Origin: Deltaproteobacteria bacterium
Lineage (GTDB): Bacteria > Myxococcota > Kuafuiibacteriia > Kuafuiibacteriales > Kuafuiibacteriaceae
DNA length: 64,000 nt
Assembly: GCA_040218735.1 (NCBI GenBank)
Contig: JAVJQW010000023.1
Coordinates: 160,001 to 224,000, forward strand
Direction of reading: 5' to 3'
The notes under the pieces were generated by a model. It had not been told where the DNA came from. It saw nothing but the letters and a program-made list of their open reading frames with translations, and ran no database searches. Each line of letters begins with the position of its first letter. Position 1 is the first letter of the stretch. The translations under genes were made by a program, and so were the position numbers. Positions 11,464-21,612 of the stretch are shown here, piece by piece.

Positions 11464-12606
11464 TCAACTATCGCAGAACAGGTAGTGCCAGCAGCCGTCG
11501 ATCTCGCCGTCGGTCCACGCGCCGCCGCCGTAGCGGACGCGGTACTTCACAGGGCTGTTGGAGGGCTCGTCGAAGTCGCGCTCGGGGGCGTTGTCGACGG
11601 TCGGCCCGCACCCCGCAAACGGGGCGGCACTCGCGGCGTAGTCGGCGTGCGGCAACGCGAGGTGGAAGGAGTCGCACGCGTTGTGGTGGTTCCAACGGTA
11701 GTTCATCACCGCCTCCACCTCGGCCTCCGAGGTGAAGACGTGGGGTACGCGGTCGGCCGGGTCGAGCGCCGCGTTGTCGTCTTCCACGGTGAGGCGGACG
11801 AACCGGTAGCCCTCGGTGTGCCCGCCTCCGAGGAAGAAGCAACCCTGGACCTCGAAACGCGCGGTGCCGAGCTCGAACGTCTCCACACGCGACCACTGGG
11901 TGAGGGGGCAGAAGAGGTCCTCGAGGACGTCCCCGGCGCCGAAACGTCCGACCGTCACGACTGGCGTGTCGTAGTCGATGGTGTCCGCGGTGACCTCGCC
12001 GCGAACCGCCGCCACGAAGTCCTCGTCCCCGTCGAGGACGAGGCCACCCACGCCGAGGACCCGGATGTGCAAGCTGGATTGCACGCCGCCCATCGCGTCC
12101 GCGAGGCCCTCCACGACGAACAGCTCCGAGGGCATCCGCACCTCGGTCACCTCGCCGAGCGGCGTCGTCACCAGGCGCTCGGTCGGTGAGGACACCGTGT
12201 CGTCGACGATCCAGTGTCTGGTGAGGCCGTAGTACAGCCCACCCCAGAGGATGCTCGCGACGCGGGGCGCGCCCCCCGTCGGGCTGCACACCTCGATGCG
12301 GACCAACGAGAGCTGATCCACCTCGGCGGACACGACGTTCGTGGCGGCGGGGAGCTCAGGGAGGCTCAGGTCCATCTCGTGGGGGACCGGCGACACCTCG
12401 AACAGCGAGTACATCGAACGCGCCGCGCCATCGTCGCAGGACGTCGGGACGCCGGCGTCGGTTGGGGCGCCGCCGTCGGCCGGGGCGCCGCCGTCGCGCA
12501 CGCCACCGTCGGGGGCGTTCACACCGCCGTCACGGGCGGGGACCTCGGGGGACGCGGCGCCGCAGGCCACGAGGCAGGGGACGAGGAGGAGGGAGCCGAA
12601 ACGCAC
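11464..12606 (-). CDS. Hypothetical Cys-containing lipoprotein
   Basis: Lipobox LVAC followed by the DGG/DAG low-complexity linker typical of myxobacterial lipoproteins. Confidence 0.7.
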   Translation of the reverse strand: MRFGSLLLVPCLVACGAASPEVPARDGGVNAPDGGVRDGGAPADGGAPTDAGVPTSCDDGAARSMYSLFEVSPVPHEMDLSLPELPAATNVVSAEVDQLSLVRIEVCSPTGGAPRVASILWGGLYYGLTRHWIVDDTVSSPTERLVTTPLGEVTEVRMPSELFVVEGLADAMGGVQSSLHIRVLGVGGLVLDGDEDFVAAVRGEVTADTIDYDTPVVTVGRFGAGDVLEDLFCPLTQWSRVETFELGTARFEVQGCFFLGGGHTEGYRFVRLTVEDDNAALDPADRVPHVFTSEAEVEAVMNYRWNHHNACDSFHLALPHADYAASAAPFAGCGPTVDNAPERDFDEPSNSPVKYRVRYGGGAWTDGEIDGCWHYLFCDS

Positions 12607-12779
12607 GGGACCGACGACCGCAAACCCCGGACCACCGCGCCTGCGTCCGGATTCGGCCGCCCGATCTCGAAAATCCAAGCCCGCAAGGCACTTCGGCCCC
12701 GATCGCAATGAATTGCACGCGACGGCGCCGAATCCCCACCTCGACCGGATCGGAACGGGTGGTGCACAATGGGGCAGCG

Positions 12780-13361
12780 ATGCGGCGTCGGCGCACCCCC
12801 CGGTCCTCCGAAGGTGGCTTCGCGCTGCTCGTCGTCGTCATCCTGCTCGCGCTGATGACCGCCGCGACGGCCCTCTCGCTCGACAACGCGGTGGCCTCGC
12901 TCCGGACCCACGCCGGGGCCCGCGCCTCCGAGATGATCAAGTCGGCCGCCGACTACGGCGTCTCGGAGGCCATCGCCCAGCTGCAGGTCGACGACGTCGA
13001 GGTCATCACCAACCCGCTCGTGTACCCGGGCATCGCGCCCGCCAACAGCTTCGACATCTTCAACGGCGGCGGCGAGGCCGTCTCGCCGACCTCCTACTTC
13101 CCCCTGCCGGGCCAACCGGCGCTGACCTATCCGCCCGCGATGGTGCCGCAGCACCCGATGGAGGGCGACTACGGCGTCCGCGTCGGCCTGCGCACCGCCC
13201 AGCGTGCACGCGCGCCGGCGGGCGAAGACGTACGCTCGGCCTACGGACAGGTCGTCGAGCTCCAGGTCGAGGTGCAGTCGGTCGCCCCGGGCGTGCCACC
13301 CGTGCAGGAGCGCGTGAGCGTCGGCATCGTCATCCCGCGCAAGGTCGCCAACTCGAAGTAA
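12780..13361 (+). CDS. PilX-like minor pilin / pilus assembly protein
   Basis: Prepilin-like EGGFALLVVVILLALMT followed by AADYGVSEAI (PilX N-terminal-like). Confidence 0.65.
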   Translation: MRRRRTPRSSEGGFALLVVVILLALMTAATALSLDNAVASLRTHAGARASEMIKSAADYGVSEAIAQLQVDDVEVITNPLVYPGIAPANSFDIFNGGGEAVSPTSYFPLPGQPALTYPPAMVPQHPMEGDYGVRVGLRTAQRARAPAGEDVRSAYGQVVELQVEVQSVAPGVPPVQERVSVGIVIPRKVANSK

Positions 13362-13367
13362 CGCGCG

Positions 13368-14273
13368 TCAGCGCTTCCACCGCGCGTGGAACCACACCCA
13401 CTCCGCCGGCGATGCGCGGATCGCATCTTCGATCCGCTTCGTGAGCGCCGCGGTCACCGCCTCCACGCGCTCGGCCTTGTCCCCCGACTCGGGCGCGTCG
13501 AAGCGCTCGAGGCGAACCTCGTGTCCGGCGCCGTCCGGACGGCGGCGAATGAACCCCGTGACGATCGGCGCGTTCCGCCGGAGCGCGAGCTCTGCGGCGG
13601 CGACGGGCGTCGACGCGGGCGCGCCGAAGAACGGTACGTGGATCGACGGCACCTTGGTGTCCTGATCCAACAGCACGCCGAGCAGCGCGCCGCGTTTCAT
13701 CGCCGAGAGCATGTCGCGCGCCGCGCGCGGATCGCCGCGGTTGATCGTCGCCAACCCGCCGCGCCGCCGACGCTCCACGATCCACGCGCCGAGGAACGGG
13801 TTCGGCGCGCCGCGCGCGAGCGTGACTGCGTCGAAACCTTCCAGCGCGACACGCTGCGCGAGCAGCTCCCAGTTCCCGACGTGGCCCGTCACGAAGATGA
13901 CCCCGCGCCCCGGCTCGCTCGCCGCCTGGAGGATGCGACGATCCTCCTCCCCGAGCGCGACGTAGTCCGCGAGCCGCGTCGACAACCGAGGTTGCTGCGC
14001 GATCTCCGCGGCGATCATGCCGGCGTTCTCGTAGACGGCGACGGAGAGCCGACGCGCCTCCGCCTCCGACACGCCGAGCCGCTCCACCAGCTGCCGCTCC
14101 GCGCGACGTCGCCCCTCGCCGTCGAAGCGGCGTGCGACGCGCCCGAGCGAACGTCCCAGCGCGAGCGCCCAACGGATCGGCAGCAACGCGATCAAGCCGG
14201 CACCGAGGCGCGCGAGCTGGAACACGAGCCAACGCTTCGCGCGTTTCCTCGCTCGACGACCGGCTCGCCCCAC
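13368..14273 (-). CDS. lpxL: Lipid A late (lauroyl-type) acyltransferase
   Basis: GHVGNWE, LLDQD, VPFFG, EWVWFHARWK. Confidence 0.88.
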   Translation of the reverse strand: MGRAGRRARKRAKRWLVFQLARLGAGLIALLPIRWALALGRSLGRVARRFDGEGRRRAERQLVERLGVSEAEARRLSVAVYENAGMIAAEIAQQPRLSTRLADYVALGEEDRRILQAASEPGRGVIFVTGHVGNWELLAQRVALEGFDAVTLARGAPNPFLGAWIVERRRRGGLATINRGDPRAARDMLSAMKRGALLGVLLDQDTKVPSIHVPFFGAPASTPVAAAELALRRNAPIVTGFIRRRPDGAGHEVRLERFDAPESGDKAERVEAVTAALTKRIEDAIRASPAEWVWFHARWKR

Positions 14274-14316
14274 AGCGCGCGACTACATCAGCTGTCGACG
14301 AGCCGTCGAGGCTCGC

Positions 14317-14520
14317 TCAACGACAGCTGCGGTCCGCCTCGCACGCGGCTCGTGTGCTGTAGGTATCGCCGCAGTCTCCGCTGCACGCGCAGCTGCAGTT
14401 CGACTCCACGCACGCCGTACCGTTCAAGTACCAAGCCGTGATCGGGCAGCAGGACGCGACGGAGAAGGAGACCTGCTTGGCGCTGCAGCTGGCGGGCGCC
14501 GCGCAACTCGGTGGCGGCCG
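14317..14520 (-). pseudogene. Start-less Cys-rich reading frame (Kunitz-like myxobacterial Cys module remnant)
   Basis: Manual translation RPPPSCAAPASCSAKQVSFSVASCCPITAWYLNGTACVESNCSCACSGDCGDTYSTRAACEADRSCR*, 11 Cys, in frame right after the TGA of the PilZ gene. Confidence 0.5.
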
Positions 14521-15291
14521 TCACCGTCGGCGATCGAACAGCCCGTCGAGGCTCGGGCGCTGCACGACCTCCGAGTCACGGTCGAACCCCAGGATGCTCG
14601 CTTCGCGGTCGCGGCGCTGCTGCGGCGCGTCGGCGAGCTCCGCGAGGGCGCGGCGTTCGCCTTCGGAGAGCTTCGTCACCACCGCGACGCCGCGAACGCT
14701 CGCGTCGGCGTAGACCCCCACGACCGTGGAGGCGACCGACACCGCGCGACGGTCCGTCGGCGACACGATCGTCACCCACAGGCTGGTCTCCAGCGGCACC
14801 TGCATCGTGGTCTCGATCAGCAGCTCCCGCCCCGCGAGGATGTCTTCCGCGAGCGCGCGCAGCTCCTTCGGATCCGGGACCGCCACGCGCAGCTCGGGCG
14901 AGGCCGCTTTCACGCGACGGCGCCCGCCCGCGTTGGAGCTCGGCCTCCGTGGCGCGGGTTCACGCGGGCGACGCTCGAGCTCCAGGACGAACTGCGTCCA
15001 CGACGCCTTGGCCTCCGGCTCCAGCACGATGAAGCGCAGCCCGAGCCCGCAGTGTCCGCCGTCCGGATCGGTGCGGTGCACGCCCATTCCCGAGACGCGG
15101 ATCGGTGCACGCCGGTTCGGGAGCACGAGCTCGACCTGCACCAGGCGGAGCAACGGAGGCGCCACGTCGGCGGTGAGGAACATGCCGTCGAACGACACGT
15201 TGCGCACCACGGCCTGGAGCGCCTCTGCGCCCAGCCACATCGTGGCCGACAGCTCGACTTCGTAGCGGGCGGATCGGCGGCGCTCCTTCAC
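14521..15291 (-). CDS. PilZ domain protein (probably two PilZ-like domains)
   Basis: ERRRSAR (RxxxR) and NVSFDGMF (D/NxSxxG) c-di-GMP motifs. Confidence 0.85.
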   Translation of the reverse strand: MKERRRSARYEVELSATMWLGAEALQAVVRNVSFDGMFLTADVAPPLLRLVQVELVLPNRRAPIRVSGMGVHRTDPDGGHCGLGLRFIVLEPEAKASWTQFVLELERRPREPAPRRPSSNAGGRRRVKAASPELRVAVPDPKELRALAEDILAGRELLIETTMQVPLETSLWVTIVSPTDRRAVSVASTVVGVYADASVRGVAVVTKLSEGERRALAELADAPQQRRDREASILGFDRDSEVVQRPSLDGLFDRRR

Positions 15292-15342
15292 GGGTTCGAC
15301 TCTACAGTTCGGAGCGCCGAGGCGGGACTAGAGGGCAGCGCG

Positions 15343-18048
15343 TCAGTTCGGGACGTTCGTCGTCCAGCCGACGGTCCAGTCGTTCGCCGGATCGATCGCG
15401 CCCCGGTACGTGACCTGCTCGAAGAACGTGTCCGCCGGGACGACGGCGCCCGACATCGCGGGGGATCCCGCCGACGGCTTGAAGTCCGGCGACGCGATGT
15501 CGAACGGCGCCCCGAGCATCACCGGCTCGAACGAGTTGCCGGCGTTGGTCTCGAGGAACGTCCGCACCGTGATCGGGTCCTCGGCCTCCTCCTCAGTGAC
15601 GGTCACGCAGTCGAAGACCGAGTGCTCGACGACGAGCGTCCCCGTCAGCGTGCTCCCGTTGACGCCGTGCGCCCAGGTCTCCGGGTGGTCGATGTCGACG
15701 CAGGCGTCGTTCCACCCGAGCACCAACGCGTTGGCGATGTAGGCTCCGGTGCCTTCACGGATCAACATGCCGTAGTCGGACGCATCCGATGCCGGGCTGC
15801 CGATCAGCGTGAGGTTCGACAGCGTCGGGTTCGAACGCGGCAGGTTGTCGCGCTGGTCTTCCTTGTTGTCGGCCTCGATGCCGTTGTCGCCGATGCCTTC
15901 GATCTGCTGCGACACGAAGAACTGCCCGCGCCCCGTCCAGCCCTCGGTCCAGTCGAGGTTGTCGTCGTCGGCCCCCGTCACCATCACGTGTTTGAAGTCG
16001 ACGGTCCCGCCGAAGAACTCGATGCCGTCGTCCTGGCCGCGGTGGATCTGGATGTAGTCGAGCACCGTGTTGCGCCCCACGCCCTGCAGCGCGAGCCCGT
16101 TGAGCTCGTTGTCGGGGCTCAGCAGCTTGCCGGCGAACTCGATGCGCACGTAGCGGAGCACGCCGCTGTTGTCGTCGGGATCGTCGCCGCCGTAGAAGCC
16201 GGTGCCACCTTCACCGAACGCCTCACACGGCGGCGTCTCGCACTGGAGGTTGATCGGCGCGTTGCCGTTGATGATCACGCCGCCCCAGTCCCCGGTCGCC
16301 CGCGAGCCCGGGTTCCGCGAAGACGTGAACACGATCGGCGCGTCGCGCGTTCCGTCGGCGACGATGCGAGAGCCCCGCTTGATCACCAGGACCCCCGTGG
16401 TCTCGGCTTCACCGAGGACGGTCGTGCCCGGGTCGATCGTCAACGTGGTCAGGTCGGTCCCGTTGCCCACGAACACCGTGCCGCGCAGCAACCAACGCTG
16501 GTTCGCGGTCAGGCGTGTGTCCTCGGTCAGCGTGCCGGTGAGGATGCAGACGCCGCCCTCGCAGGTCTCCATCGGCGGCGGCATCGGGTTGCCGGGCTCG
16601 CCGAGGTCGAACGGCTCGGGGCGGCAGGCGTCGTCGAGCTGCGTCGCCCAGATCTTGTCGGTCGCCTGACGCTGGCTCGCGCTGAAGGCGTACGTCGTGC
16701 CGATGCCGAGATCGATGTCGTCCATCGACTCGAACGTGTTCACGAGATCCTCGGTCGCGATCGCCGGCCCGTTGCGCAGCAGGCCTTCGACGAACAGGCG
16801 CGCGACGACGTAACCCTCGAGGCTCACGAAGCCCGGGCGGAGGTTCGGATCGAACGCGGTGAGGTGGTCGCGGTACTGAATCAGCCCCGACGCGTTCGAC
16901 GAGAAGTCCGGCACCACCTGCGTGATCAACACGGACTCGCAGAAGCGCTTGTCACCCGCGAGCGTCTGGTAGGTGCCGAAGCTCTCGAGCTCGTCGGACA
17001 GCTCGTCCGGGCCGCTCGCCGAGAACGCGACGAACACGATCTCGTCGACGGTCAGGATCTCGCCGACCTCCTGCGGGGTCAGGTCGTACTCGAGGCCGGG
17101 CGAGGTGCCGCGCTTGATCCGGAACAGCTCGTCGAGCAGCTCTCGCACGAACGCCGCCGCCGGACGCGCGTGCGCGTTGAGGAAAATCGACGCCACGACG
17201 CTACCGTCGGCGGAGCGCACGCGGTTGCCGTCACCGAGCCAGCGCAGGAAGACTCCGACCGCCGACTCGACGTTCTGCGTCCCGCGCATGTACGTGCCCA
17301 CCGGGACGTCCGCGGCTTCGATGCCACCGAACTGACGCAGCGAAGTCGCGACCGCGTTCAGACCCGACTGCCCGAACGTCGTCGGTACGCCGTCCGTGCC
17401 GGCCGCCTCCACGAACACACCGACGTTCGCGGCGGGGACCGGCGGGTTACGCACCGTCGTCACGAAGCCGACGCCGCGAGTCATCTCGTCCTGCACCGAA
17501 GCGCGCACGTTGAACACGTAGCGGTCGGGTGGATCCTGACGGAGCGCCCCGTCCCCTGAGAGCGGCCCGAATAGGATCCGCTGCGACTGGTTCGCGACCT
17601 CCGCCATCACGCCGGCCGTGTTCGTGCCCACGCCGCCGACGTAGGCGAGCACGCCTTCGCCGCTCGACATCGACTCCATGTTGGAGCGCGCGGTCGTCGG
17701 ATCGTCCCCGTCGTCGAGCGCGACGAGCTCGATCTGCCGGCCGTCGACGCCGCCGTTTTTGTTCACGAAGTCGAAGTAGGCCTCGATGCCTTCCTGCATC
17801 GGCGCACCGAGCCCCGCCGGGCCGGTAGTGAGCGGCCCCGTCATGCCGACGCGGATGCGCTCCGCGGTCACGCCGGGCTCGCTGCTCTCGGGGCGAACAC
17901 ACGCGCCGCGGCGCGTGCTGCATACGAAGTCGGCGGGGCAGTCGGACTGCGCGGCGCAGCTGAAGAGCACGTCGTCGAGCGACGGCGCCGTACACGAAGA
18001 GAGGAGAAATGCGGCGCCCGCAGCGCCGACCCAGTTTTCGAGCCGCAT
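15343..18048 (-). CDS. Lipoprotein: LivJ-type solute-binding domain fused to a beta-helix surface domain
   Basis: Lipobox LSSC and Cys-rich repeat. GVTAERIRVG...GGVDGRQIELVALDD (type I PBP). C-terminal LTIDPGT...APIVFTS...GDWGG...DDNSGVLRYVRIEFAG...NELNGL. Confidence 0.85.
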   Translation of the reverse strand: MRLENWVGAAGAAFLLSSCTAPSLDDVLFSCAAQSDCPADFVCSTRRGACVRPESSEPGVTAERIRVGMTGPLTTGPAGLGAPMQEGIEAYFDFVNKNGGVDGRQIELVALDDGDDPTTARSNMESMSSGEGVLAYVGGVGTNTAGVMAEVANQSQRILFGPLSGDGALRQDPPDRYVFNVRASVQDEMTRGVGFVTTVRNPPVPAANVGVFVEAAGTDGVPTTFGQSGLNAVATSLRQFGGIEAADVPVGTYMRGTQNVESAVGVFLRWLGDGNRVRSADGSVVASIFLNAHARPAAAFVRELLDELFRIKRGTSPGLEYDLTPQEVGEILTVDEIVFVAFSASGPDELSDELESFGTYQTLAGDKRFCESVLITQVVPDFSSNASGLIQYRDHLTAFDPNLRPGFVSLEGYVVARLFVEGLLRNGPAIATEDLVNTFESMDDIDLGIGTTYAFSASQRQATDKIWATQLDDACRPEPFDLGEPGNPMPPPMETCEGGVCILTGTLTEDTRLTANQRWLLRGTVFVGNGTDLTTLTIDPGTTVLGEAETTGVLVIKRGSRIVADGTRDAPIVFTSSRNPGSRATGDWGGVIINGNAPINLQCETPPCEAFGEGGTGFYGGDDPDDNSGVLRYVRIEFAGKLLSPDNELNGLALQGVGRNTVLDYIQIHRGQDDGIEFFGGTVDFKHVMVTGADDDNLDWTEGWTGRGQFFVSQQIEGIGDNGIEADNKEDQRDNLPRSNPTLSNLTLIGSPASDASDYGMLIREGTGAYIANALVLGWNDACVDIDHPETWAHGVNGSTLTGTLVVEHSVFDCVTVTEEEAEDPITVRTFLETNAGNSFEPVMLGAPFDIASPDFKPSAGSPAMSGAVVPADTFFEQVTYRGAIDPANDWTVGWTTNVPN

Positions 18049-18839
18049 CAGAAACGACCTCCCACGACCAACGCGCCGCCATCCTTACCGGGCGCGACGG
18101 AGACGGCGACGTCATCGTCACCACCGCTCAACAGCGCCCAGACCGCGCCGCCCGCAGCGGCGACCACGCCGCCCGCGATCAGCGCGGTGCCGATCGTCTT
18201 CTTCGACTCGCCGGAGTCGGCCAGCTCTTCGGCTTCGACGCGCGTCAGCGGCGCAACGCCGTTCATCGCGTTGGACTTCGCGTCGGCGATCTTCCCGTGG
18301 TCGGAGGCGCCGAGCCCGAAGAAGACGGCGCCCGTCCCCACCAGCGCGACGCCGATGCCGCCGACCACCCACGGCAGCACGCCGGGGCCCTCGGACTTCT
18401 TGGGGTTCGTCGTCACCGTGACCGGAGCTCCGGTGCCCCCTGGTGCGGGCGCGGGTGAAAGCTCCGCGTCGGACGGCGCGACCTTGCTCTTCAGCTTGGC
18501 GGTCCGGAGCATCGACGCGCGCTCGGTGGCCTTCGCGCGTGTGGAGGCGGTCGCCTCTGACGAAGCCGCGCACTTCTCGTAGGCGACCATCGCGCCGTCG
18601 AGATCACCCGACGCTTCCTTCGCCTTACCGATGTTGAACAGCAGGTTCGGCTCGGGGAACAGCCGGTAGGCCTCCTCGAACTTCTCGACCGCCGCCGTGT
18701 ACTTCTGCGCGCGGTAGAGCGCCACGCCCTCCGCGTAGAGCGCCTCGACCTGCGAAGCCGTATCGCCTTGCGCCCGCGCGCTCGTCGCGGGGACCGCCAT
18801 CGCCAGTAGGAGTAAGAGTTTCGGTATCAGGTGCCGCAT
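18048..18839 (-). CDS. Secreted TPR protein with C-terminal hydrophobic/beta segment
   Basis: Signal peptide, TPR pattern (FEEAYRLFPEPNLLFNIGKA), ends VVGGRF. Confidence 0.8.
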   Translation of the reverse strand: MRHLIPKLLLLLAMAVPATSARAQGDTASQVEALYAEGVALYRAQKYTAAVEKFEEAYRLFPEPNLLFNIGKAKEASGDLDGAMVAYEKCAASSEATASTRAKATERASMLRTAKLKSKVAPSDAELSPAPAPGGTGAPVTVTTNPKKSEGPGVLPWVVGGIGVALVGTGAVFFGLGASDHGKIADAKSNAMNGVAPLTRVEAEELADSGESKKTIGTALIAGGVVAAAGGAVWALLSGGDDDVAVSVAPGKDGGALVVGGRF

Positions 18840-18850
18840 CGTGTGTTTCT

Positions 18851-20329
18851 TCAGTCCTCGAGCGTGCCCACGTTCGGTCGTGTCTCGTCGATCGTCCCAA
18901 TCCTGGGTTTGTCGTCGTCGAGCACGTCCAACTGGGGACGGGTGTCTTCGATGATTTCGAGCTTGGGGGCGGGGGCCGCCGCCGGCGGCGCTTCCTCGAC
19001 CTCGGGTTCTTCTTCTTGTTCGGTCACTTCCGCGACCGCCTCGTCTTCGACGGGCGCGCGTCGCCGACGAACCCGACGACGGCGGACCTTCCGCTTGGGC
19101 GCGGCTTCGACCTCCTCAGTGCTCGACGGCTCGACGGTCTCTGCGTCGTCGGCCATCTCCGCGTCCTCCGCGTCCGGCGCCTCGGGCACGGGCGCCTCGG
19201 AGGGCTCGGGCGCGTCGAGCCCCGCGACCTTGGCGCTCGGCTCGGGGTCGTCGACCACGGTCGGCGCGGCGACCGGCGCTGCCTCTTCGCGAACCTCCGT
19301 CGCGGGCCACATCCACCACACCCCGAACAGCAGCAGCGCCGCGGCCGCCGCCATCCAGATCCACGCGCCCCCCTTCTTGCGCTCCTCTTCCTCGTCGAAG
19401 GGGAGCGGCGCCGGGTGCTCGAGCCCGCGCCCGCCCGCCAGGGGGGAAGCGGGCGAGGTGCCCAGGGGGCGCGGCGAAGCCGCGGCGCCGGCCGGGTGCT
19501 CGAGGGGCTCGGCCTGGGCCGCCGGCGCGTTCGCGAACGGCTCCGCCGGATCGATCCGCGTCGCCTCGACGCGCTCCACGACGGTCTTCTCCGTGCCCTC
19601 ACCCGTCGGCGCCGGAACGGGCGCGCTGGTCTCCTCGGGCGACGCCTCCAACGGCTGCGTCGGAACCGGCGGCTCCGGGGTCTCGGACTCCGCCTGCAGG
19701 CGAATCAGCAGATGGTCGGTGCGCCCTTCGATCGTCCGCGGAACGTTCTCGCGCGACGGCGAAGTGTGAATCCGCCCGCTCCGCCCGTGCATGATCTCAC
19801 GCAGCGCCACGAGCCCGGTGTGCTCACCGAGCTCGGCGTGCACGACCTCGCCGCGTTGTACGTGCACGATGCCGTGCGTCCCGACGTGCACGGTGATCGA
19901 GCTGCGCGCGAGCGAGAACGCCTGGAGGATGTCCGGCAACGTCAGGCCGTGGATGTTGCCGTGGTACCCGTCGAGGCAGTCGGTCGCCTTCTCGATCGCC
20001 TGCTGCAAATCCTTCGGCGTGAACGGCTTCGTCAGCACGTCGACCGCGCCCATCGCGATCGCCGCCTTGTAGTCCTGCGCCGTCGCGTACGCGCTCATGA
20101 GCAGCGTGCGTGTGTGCGGCGATGCGCCACGCGCGAGATCGATCAGCTCGATGCCGTCCTTGCCGGTCATCCGCAGGTCGGTCAGCAGGATGTCGATGTT
20201 CTCCGAGAACAGAACCTCGAGGGCGCTCTTCGCCGAGTACACGGGCGTCGCCTCGTGACCGAGGCGCGCGAGCTCGTCCACCACCGCGCGACAGAGGCGC
20301 GCGTCGTCGTCGACCACCAGGATATTCAC
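18851..20329 (-). CDS. Response regulator: REC + DUF4388-like domain + TM + acidic/Pro-rich tail
   Basis: ILVVDDD, LLTDLRM, KPF; GNIHGLTLPDILQ...GEVVHAE; TM WIWMAAAAALLLFGVWW. GTG start overlaps the kinase stop. Confidence 0.85.
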   Translation of the reverse strand: MNILVVDDDARLCRAVVDELARLGHEATPVYSAKSALEVLFSENIDILLTDLRMTGKDGIELIDLARGASPHTRTLLMSAYATAQDYKAAIAMGAVDVLTKPFTPKDLQQAIEKATDCLDGYHGNIHGLTLPDILQAFSLARSSITVHVGTHGIVHVQRGEVVHAELGEHTGLVALREIMHGRSGRIHTSPSRENVPRTIEGRTDHLLIRLQAESETPEPPVPTQPLEASPEETSAPVPAPTGEGTEKTVVERVEATRIDPAEPFANAPAAQAEPLEHPAGAAASPRPLGTSPASPLAGGRGLEHPAPLPFDEEEERKKGGAWIWMAAAAALLLFGVWWMWPATEVREEAAPVAAPTVVDDPEPSAKVAGLDAPEPSEAPVPEAPDAEDAEMADDAETVEPSSTEEVEAAPKRKVRRRRVRRRRAPVEDEAVAEVTEQEEEPEVEEAPPAAAPAPKLEIIEDTRPQLDVLDDDKPRIGTIDETRPNVGTLED

Positions 20330-21348
20330 AGCGCAGCGTCCTCCAGCAGGAACATGCGGTCGGCGCCGCAAAGGAGCCGAACCTCGAAACAGGTGCCGGG
20401 GTCAGGAGTCTCTCGCAGTCGCAGGTCACCGCCCAGCTGACGCGCCGCTTGCCTCGCGAGGCCGAGCCCCATCCCCATCCCGTCGACCTTGGTCGAGAAG
20501 AACGGATCGAAGATGCGCTCGCGCGTCTGCTGGTCGATGCCCGGGCCGTCGTCCATCACGAGGATGTTGTGGCCCTCGCCGTCCACGAGCCGCGAGCGCC
20601 CCGCGGTCACGACCTTGATCGTGACGGGGTCCGGCGTGCTGTGGACGGCGTTCGAGAAGAGGTTGATGAAGATGTGCTCGACCGTGAGCGGCGTGCCACG
20701 CACGGTCGCGGCCGGGTCGACGTCGATGCGCAGTTGGTTGTGATCGCCGCGGAAGAGCGGGCGCAGGATCTCACCGACCCGATCGAGGAGCTGCGCGAGC
20801 GGGATGTCGACGACGTCGGTCGCCGAAGCCGAGCGCACGATCGCGTCGACGGAGCGCTGCTGCAGCTCACACGAGGTCGCGATCTCGTCGAGGAGATCTT
20901 CGATCTCCTCGGTGCGGAGCTCCTTCCAGCGATTGCGGAGGACACCGACGTTGAACGTGAGCGTCGACAGCGGCGAGCGCATGTCGTGTGCGGCGCTGGA
21001 AACGATGCGCGCAAAGAGCGCCTGCGTGCTCTGGTAGATCTGCGCCGACGCGGAGAGATCGGCGCCCGGCGGATCCACCACGACCATCACGTGCTCCGAG
21101 TCGTAGTCGTAATGAAGGAAACTGATCGGTCCGGATGGCGTGAGCCAGTCGACGGTCGCGTTCTGCCGGCTGTTGATCAGCTCCGTCCAAAGCGGCGGCG
21201 GGAATCGGAGGACGCTGTCCTTTTCGACGATGCGCGCTTGTTCGAGGCGCGCCATCGCGGGCGGAGCGATCGACACAACGACACCGTCACGTGTCACGAG
21301 CGCAAACCTGCCGGTGGCCTGAGAGAGTTCCAATGTGCCGCTTCTCAC
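20326..21348 (-). CDS. Cytoplasmic sensor histidine kinase
   Basis: H box AHDMRSPL, NLFSNA, DDGPGI, FDPFFSTK, GMGLGL. Confidence 0.93.
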   Translation of the reverse strand: MRSGTLELSQATGRFALVTRDGVVVSIAPPAMARLEQARIVEKDSVLRFPPPLWTELINSRQNATVDWLTPSGPISFLHYDYDSEHVMVVVDPPGADLSASAQIYQSTQALFARIVSSAAHDMRSPLSTLTFNVGVLRNRWKELRTEEIEDLLDEIATSCELQQRSVDAIVRSASATDVVDIPLAQLLDRVGEILRPLFRGDHNQLRIDVDPAATVRGTPLTVEHIFINLFSNAVHSTPDPVTIKVVTAGRSRLVDGEGHNILVMDDGPGIDQQTRERIFDPFFSTKVDGMGMGLGLARQAARQLGGDLRLRETPDPGTCFEVRLLCGADRMFLLEDAAL

Positions 21349-21612
21349 GCGCCAGCACCCCCGGGCCTGGCGACTCCCCGCTCCGTCGTTCCCCCAGCGA
21401 CGCGCGAGACGTTGCGAATATGTGACGGAAAGGGCGCGGTGTCGACATATCGACGCCCTCGCATCACTCTGAAACGTCGACCGAGTGTGGACTGCGCGAA
21501 AGATCGGGGGATTCTCACGGCGGGCGCACGCGTACCTCGGTGGTGATGTGGGACGCAGACCTCCACACTTCCGCTTGGGCGTGCTCCGCGCGTTGCACTA
21601 AGGTTGTGCGCG

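Noticed and set aside
14500-14523. Selenocysteine recoding of the PilZ TGA
   Set aside because: No redox-motif context and no convincing SECIS. GC-rich DNA forms hairpins by chance.
14288-14524. 78-aa ORF from the track
   Set aside because: Arg/Leu-rich and motif-free. The alternative Cys-rich frame looks like the real coding remnant.
15052-17559. 835-aa plus-strand ORF and similar long antisense ORFs (8541, 24258, 50588)
   Set aside because: Typical stop-poor shadow frames opposite well-supported genes in high-GC DNA.
18851-19700. Pro/Ala/Glu-rich repetitive DNA
   Set aside because: Low-complexity protein linker within the response regulator, not a DNA repeat element.
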